From Trichinella spiralis (lineage: Eukaryota): DNA of 64,000 nt. Under the pieces are notes generated by a model. The model worked only from the letters and a program-made list of their open reading frames with translations. It was not told the DNA's origin and did not search any database. Each line of letters opens with the position of its first letter. Positions within the stretch are counted from its first letter, which is position 1. The position numbers and the translations under genes are program-made. Where the stretch lies: contig NW_003526943.1 in NCBI RefSeq assembly GCF_000181795.1, positions 7,151,566-7,215,565 of the forward strand. The letters are read 5' to 3'. Shown here piece after piece: positions 56,301-64,000 of the stretch.

Positions 56301-59300
56301 ATGTTCAACGTTGGTTGGCCGATGAAGTGACAAAAATTAATCAACATTTTACCTTTCAATACAGATGGCGTTGGATCAAGCCAAACTCCACCAAGCACAC
56401 AGTCAATAAACCACCATTGGCTGCTCTAAAAATGGAATTAACTGACAAAAATAAAACATAAATTTCACACACAAGCTGAAAATTATTCAGAAAAGCCCCT
56501 CAGAGTGTGTGTGTGTGCGCGTGTTTGTGTGCGCATTTACGGATATTATGTAAAGTGAACATTTCGCAAGGTGCAAAATGTCGAGATCAAGCAACGATAC
56601 GTCAGGAAGAATGCACGCGTGTGTGTATCTAGTATGCAATACTCCAATTCACTGCATACCAACAAAGCATGCAATTAGAGAAGAACATCATAAAGTTAAT
56701 GATGATAAAACAACCTCTTCACTGCAAATAATATATACTATAACAAAAATCTGAACTAAAAATTTATTTTCAATGAACAAATGAATGAATGCAGTGAAAA
56801 AGAAATCTCAAATACGTTTGAAACAATACCAATTTAAAAATTGAATAATATCCAAAACTGTGAAAGTACGAATAATGATAGAGGTGGGAAACTGAGAGAG
56901 GATGGAAACAATCCACTAATAAACTGAATGACAATGCATATGGACGTTTGGAACAAAAACGAGCTGCATTTTGGTAAACTATATCCCATGATTAAAATGT
57001 CGAAACCACTAGTACACGCAAACGTATCCCTGCTTGGACACCGACGCAAATGCATTCGAACAACGTCGTTTCCTATCGATTATGCCATCGCTAGCAGTCA
57101 GCCGTTGGTGAACATCTCGTTTTCTATCTCACTATTTCTTCTTCTTCGTCTCTTTCGCTTTCTTTCCCTCTCCTCTTCTCCCTCCCCCCTCTATTCTTTC
57201 TTCACTTTCTTGCTCTCTCTCTCTCTACCCTCCATCTAATTCTCTACGCTTTTCTCCATTTCTCACCATTTGTCGCTCTACGCAACCCCTTGAATATCGT
57301 GCAATCCAACATTGGAATAATATCGATTTGAATTCTGCTTTCAAACACGTTGCATTTTTTCCAATTCGCTCCACAAAGTCAATCAACACAGCAATAAGTT
57401 GTAGTCTTCATTGCAAAGCCAACACCCGTAGTCTAACTTCAATGATCTAACCAAAAACCAACAATATCCAACAAAACCGACCATCACTTCAACAAAGCTA
57501 ATTATAACAACAACATCACCACCAACAACAACAAATGAATAAATAAATAAATAAACTGTACAATTTTTAAAAATATGCCTTAAACTACAATTAGAATGAA
57601 AAGTGAAAACGTACAAACGAATCAATAAATATCCTCGACGCTGTTTCCCAAACTCCAAACCTCACTGCTAGCATCGATTGCAACAGCAACTGCATAAAAG
57701 CAAACCAGTTTAGCAGAATATTCACTAAAATTCATACACACACACACACGCAGACACATACGCACATAAAATAAACTTGATGCTGATCAAAGTTAGAGCT
57801 AAACCATGAATCATCATTGCATGGCTGAATGCACTGGATTTTGTTTTTTTTTGTAGGAAAATTCCAACGTGTCAATTTCAAATTTCAACAAACATTATTC
57901 TCTTTGTAGATTGCCTTCTTGCAATTTCTTGAATTAGTAAATTTATCATAAATACTAGTCAGCTTTATTTGAAAACCAGATTAATACTTGCATTTAAGTT
58001 CAAAAACAAAAATGCATACTTGATCATACAGATTCTGCTGTACTGTTATTATGATTATGATTATTATTATTGCTTTACTTCATAGTAGTACATATTTGAA
58101 ATTAGAGTTGCTTCACTGGAAAAAGGAAAAGGAAAAAACAGAACAAAACTCCTCAGATGCAAAGAGAGGTAGTTTTTGCTCGAGTTGGCTTGCATTGCAG
58201 ATGCTTTCAGGGATCAAATTACCCCGCATCCTGACAAGCAAAAAGTGAAAATTGGAAAAAAAATGAACAAAAAAGGAAGAAAAGAAAAGAAAAACAGTGG
58301 GGAAGGGTGGAAGGAGGATTTATTTTTAATTTCAAGCCAACTCATGAGAAAAAGAACTATAAGTTGGCAAAGCAACACTTGTGAAAATTGCTAATAAATG
58401 AAGTGGAACTGCATGCTGCTGCTTACTTGTGCATGCTTGCGTAAGTGAAAATCTCATCCGAGAACAGAGAAGAAGCCAATCGAATCAAACAAGAGCAAAA
58501 TTCCACTCTGCCTGCCGCCTTCTTTGTGCAAGCAGACAGCAGACAGACAGACAGACAGATAGACAGACGGACGGACGGATAGACCTGCAGCCGAACCTGC
58601 ATCGTCGTTGCATATTGTCGAGCTTTTATTGATCCACAACGGCGGACAAAGAAATGCAAAGAAAAGCGAAAGAAAACCAACATGCACTTCATGCAAGCTG
58701 ACATCACTTTGTACAACAAAATATCTGCCCGAACCATGCATCCGCTAGGAGAGAGTTTTTTGTAAAAATATATTTTTGTCCACAGGTTCAAATTTCACAA
58801 TTCCGCCCAAACGGCAAACAATTCGAAAATTCATCCGCCCGCAGTCATTCATGCCCTTGTATTGTGAATTGGCAAAACGAAGCTCGAACAAGCTTGTCGA
58901 AAACTGTCGAAACTGAAAGCTCTCATCACAACACTGTCAATTGATTAAAATATTAAAATATGAAGAATAAAAGAACATGGATAAAAGGTTTCGTCAAAAT
59001 TGAAACAAAAAAAAATAGAAAAAATCTTAACAATTCCGCCCTTGCATACAGGTTTAAATTGAAAATTATATCAATTTTGAGATCAAACACATCACACATT
59101 AAAATGCAAAGCAGTTTGTATATGATATCTGCAGTTGGAAAAAAGAAGACAAGCGTGCGTTTTTTCCCTGCCAAATGATAGACAAATAGCTTACTTGTTC
59201 AGCTTTGGAAAATTATACTGAGATAAAAAGCCAATTAACACTTGCATCACCCATTATATATATGCCTGCAACTTTGTCAATTGGAGGAAGTTAGTACAAA

Positions 59301-62300
59301 AGCTGCTAATGGCAAACAAAACGTGCAGAGCGTTTGTACAACAAGCCGCTGCGTTTCAATTTGTCACAGAGCAGCAAGCAACGTTGAAACAACGCAACAC
59401 TGCCTGTCGGCTGTGTTGTAATAGTATATTCTGAAATGCCGGCTGAGGTGCTCGGCAATAATGCAAACACCATTTTCCCATACTGAATCATCTCTGCCAA
59501 AACCAGCCGTCGTCCAGTCCGCCTGTTTGTCCTGTCAACAGAGAATATAGTTTGGTATATATATATCAATCTTGCGGGGCAAGGCCATCTTTGCGGATTT
59601 GCTTCAACTTAAACATTCATTCATTCATCGAAAAAGCTGAATCAAATCAAATACAATAATACATCCACACATTCAACAACATCTCATATCAATTTTCTCT
59701 GAAAAAAGACAGATAGATAAAAGTCTCCAAATTTCACTGATCCAAATTGAAGAAAAAAAAGACTAATTAATACCCGAATACGTTGAAGTTTAATACACAA
59801 GCATTTCAGTATTTTGTTTCTATATGAAACAGCAATCGTTGTCATAAACAATTCACACAACACCGGTACGCATACACTAATGCACGTATACACGCATAAA
59901 CAAACATACAGACAGATGCAACACATAATAATAGGTGGTAAGACGTAATGACGTTGATGATCACATTTCCAACCCAAGCGCATTTGTAAAAAAATAATAA
60001 CTTATCATTTGTAATAATAATAATGTAGAATCGCTTTAATGTAGAAAAGAAATGATTATCAAATATGCAAAAGTACAAGCATCCAACTGGAGGGAAATTA
60101 TTGATTGGAGAACAATAAAAAGTGTAAAAATTGAAACAATCGACAACATCATCTTTACAGTAAAATGAGACAAAAAGCATGTGAAAAGCTAAACAGATGC
60201 CTATTCCTTCATCTGCTTCGGTTGGACTTATTGTTGTAATGCGTATATTTCCATAAAAGCGCAAAGTGATATGATTTATACCAGGTGAAGTTGCAGTTGG
60301 TGTTCGTGGAATGACATTTGCAAAATGTGCCTTCAGAAAACATGCAAAGTCACGTTGTAAACCAACACTGTTCCCATTGTCACCCCACTTTCTCTGGCCC
60401 GTTTGTTGACTTAATATTGTCAAAACTTGCACAACTGCATATATACAATACAAGCATGATTACAAAAATTGTTCACCACAACAACAACCAGCATCAACCG
60501 ACGGTTTTAGAGTGATTTGCAATTGAAAGAGATCAATGGAGAAAAGAAGCAATTTCCACAGCCACACCCTCCACCCGACGCAGCGAACAAAGACAATTAT
60601 CCACCACTTTCGATGCAAACACACACATATATATATGTGTGTGTGTATGAACTGCATTAAATATAAAATTAAGAATATAATACATATTCAATTGATGCTT
60701 CTTATTACAACAAACAATTTTGTAGTTTGCAAGTTTTTGAAAACAAACCCGTTGCTGCAAAAGACGTACAATGAACGTTGGTTGTCATGGCGATCAACCG
60801 ACGCGAATGTGCACTTGAAATGACAAAGCAAATTTATTATGCAAATGTCGAAGAACAAAAAAATTTGGAGAATGCAAAAATTCAAAAAAGTCTAATTTGA
60901 AAAATGGTAAAGCTTTGCACGCGTAAGAGAAAAGTGCAATCGATGAACAAACACTACTGATCACAGGGGATGCAAATGAGAGTGGGCACTTTCTTCACTC
61001 GAATTACACTGGAAATAATAAATTCTCGCCTGTTCATTTTAAAAATATTGAAATATAATAATATATTTCGTTTCTCTTCACCTTGATCAATTTCAACAAA
61101 TAAACAACAACAACAACAACAATAATTATAATAATAATAATCGCACGTATACCTTGTACAAATGCAAATGTTTGATCAGTATATTTTGGATTTGAAAAAG
61201 AAGGAAAGCAAAATAGTGAAGATCAATAAATAAATCCAATACGGTGGAATTGATACTAGCTCATTCAAAAAATGCTACTAACCCAAGATGAATGCTGTTG
61301 TGTTGTGAAAAAGAAAAAAGCACACTTTGCCCAATCATCTCTGGATAGTTTGTGCATATATATTTTTTTGTCGTCATATTTTCTTAATGAAATTGGTACT
61401 CTTGAAATGTCAAGCACAACAACAACTATTCTTATTCAAATTATTCCGCTCGTTATCCACGCCCGCCAAACATAAAGCATCATTCGAATGGGGGGAGCTG
61501 AATGAGATTTGGGCCATGTAAGTTTAAAAATAGCACTGATAACGTCACCTTGGACAAGCACTGAACTCATTCATTGTAAACCCTATTTGGACAAAATCTA
61601 TAATTTACCGTCTATTTGTACTAGTCGCTGACGAATAACGCAATTAAATATTGAAATACAAAAATTCCACTTTCCCACTCTTTCACTGTAATATACATAA
61701 AATTAAAATTTTTTAACAATCAAACAAAAAATAAAATAATAAACAAATCTATATCGTCATGAGCATGAAAATCAGAAAGTAATTTTTTGAAAAAAAAGTT
61801 GCCCCTTGTGTCTCATGTACAGTATATCTTCAAATCTGGACAAATTCAGTAAGAAGAGTCTTTTCTATTCACAATTTCAATTGACCAGAAAAGAATGAGG
61901 GAGTGGAAAAAACAAAATTGAAATTGAACCCCAAACGAGCAGCAATGCTTACGATAAGCATCTCTTACTTTTCGAGCCATATTTATTCAATGATAAAAAT
62001 ACAATCCATCCCGGACTGCTTATCACCGTCGCAAATCAGAGCTCAGCAGATTCGCTGGTGGCATGCTTTAGCCCGCATTAATCTTTCAATTAATTATTCA
62101 CTGATGAAATGACAACCTTGTTTTAATTAATCTAAAAAATCAGCGCATCATCTCTCTCCAATACCATTTATTGATCAGAAGCAAAACATACTATATATAT
62201 GTATATGTGTGTGTGTATAATAACTTAATTGGTTGATGATTGTTAAAAAGGAAAAGTTGCCAATGCAGAATATATCATGCCCGTTGGCTGAAAATCTGTA

Positions 62301-64000
62301 ACGCCCACGACGCAAAGCATGCAAATAGATTCGTTGTTTACTTTCAAATAATGCTATCGAATGAATAATGATAGAAAAAAAAATATATATATAACCGTTG
62401 AAACATTTCCTTCAAGTGACAATTTCGAGGACAATTTCAATCTTCCCTGCCAAGGCCTCATCAACCTGTTTATTCACTACCTCTACTTCACCCAGATGAC
62501 AGAAGTAGCTTATTATTATCATTATTATTATTATTCGATTATTTGTTCTGATTTCAAAATGGAAAAGAAAGAGATGCATTTTCTTTCAAATGTTATATTA
62601 CGATGAAGATTGCATATTCATTCAGATAATTCGTCGAAAACTGCACAACCAACCGGTCTACAAAGATGATGATACAAAGAAAATATCATTTTTACAAATT
62701 TTCATATTCAACATTCACTCTGACAAAATATGAGCATAAATTCTGGTGGTGGTGGTGGTGGAATAAGTAAATTCTACTTACCTTATTCTTGAATTATTTT
62801 TGCAATGAGACCAAGCAAAAAATAATAATACCAGATCAATAAACAGTTGGCCGATGCAGACAGAAGCAGCAGATGTATATATAAATATATAGATACAGAT
62901 ATATATAGAAAAACAGTAAGATGAAGAAGAAATAAGAACAAAAGAAGCACAACACTGTAGAGCACAAGCGATGACCTACCAACATACCTGATAATCTGCC
63001 TGCCTGCCTGCCTACCATCCATCTACCTACCTACCTATCCAATAATAATACAAAGTAATGAGCAGGACAAAAAACTGGCAGAAATAATAATCATTTTGTG
63101 ATCACTGCCAAATTTTGCATACAGCAATGATAGAAATCTTCTTCTTCTTCTTCAACAAACGGACGATGAGGTACTGGCGGATCAACACAACAACAACAAC
63201 AACAGCAACAGAATTGTAGATATAGAAAAGCAGGTTACAATTGTTGAACAAGCAATCAAACTGACCCTCAACAATCCAATACAGTCTGCTGACGCACGCA
63301 GACACACAACAATTGGCAACAACAACAAATACCACCGTATATTAAAAAAAAATTTGAATATCATCGAACATCAAATTGGAAATAATCATGTTCGCTCGAG
63401 AGTAGAAATTGTGCGCATATGCATGCACAACGCATGCATGCATGCAGCAGCACAACGCAGCAATAGCAGCAGGTCGACAGCGTTAACCTAATTTCATCGA
63501 TCGGCATGTCAAATTGTCATCCATCCATTGTTGGAATGAGCAAATCTACCAACGAGTCGAACGATACAACCCATATATATATGCATATATGCATATGCAA
63601 AATTGTCTGCAAATTAGCTAGCATTTTTCCTCAACTATCTCTTCTGATCCATTGATTTGTATAATGTAAAAAATTTAAAAAAAATACAAAAGCGACTGTT
63701 GCTTTCATTTTCAACATTACAATCTTCTACTGGTAAACAAATGGAAGAAAAAATTACATTTCATTTGCATACACACACATACGTGTCGTTATTTACTACA
63801 AAACATTTGAACAACCATGGTGATATTAAGTGCAATTGAAGCGAAATGCAATCTACTATTATATTTCTTCACTTTCGATTGAAAATGCATAAACAATCAA
63901 TCAAAAATTGGAAATTTTACATTATTAAAATCTGACATTAATTGTATCCAATTTCGTTGAAAGATTTGGCAAATCAAATAATAAAGTGTGAATCGAAACA

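Noticed and set aside
59842..60453. 203-aa minus-strand ORF
   Set aside because: It has low-complexity F/I/C/Y-rich composition typical of AT-rich non-coding DNA and no domain motif.

Overview
AT-rich eukaryotic (metazoan) genomic DNA with short GT-AG introns and many microsatellites. Gene content and intron style suggest a clade I nematode such as Trichinella; this is an inference, not verified. Genes I could splice by hand: a secreted group III phospholipase A2; a 14-exon mitochondrial-type (TXNRD2-like) thioredoxin reductase ending Gly-Cys-TGA(Sec)-Gly-stop, with a GUGA-type SECIS in its 3' UTR; a head-to-head PDAP1/BUD31 pair; five divergent two-exon serpentine 7TM receptor genes that share one intron position; two convergent paralogues encoding six-cysteine WAP-domain proteins with a tRNA-Ser(GCT) between them; and a ZNF532/592/687-like zinc-finger gene. 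Mobile or repeat DNA: a Tigger/pogo element with TIRs and TA target duplication, a piggyBac relic, a probable solo LTR, a hAT-type MITE, tRNA-like/Pol III-like hairpins, and a ~210-bp near-perfect inverted duplication. The last ~10.5 kb appears to be non-coding and is rich in simple repeats.
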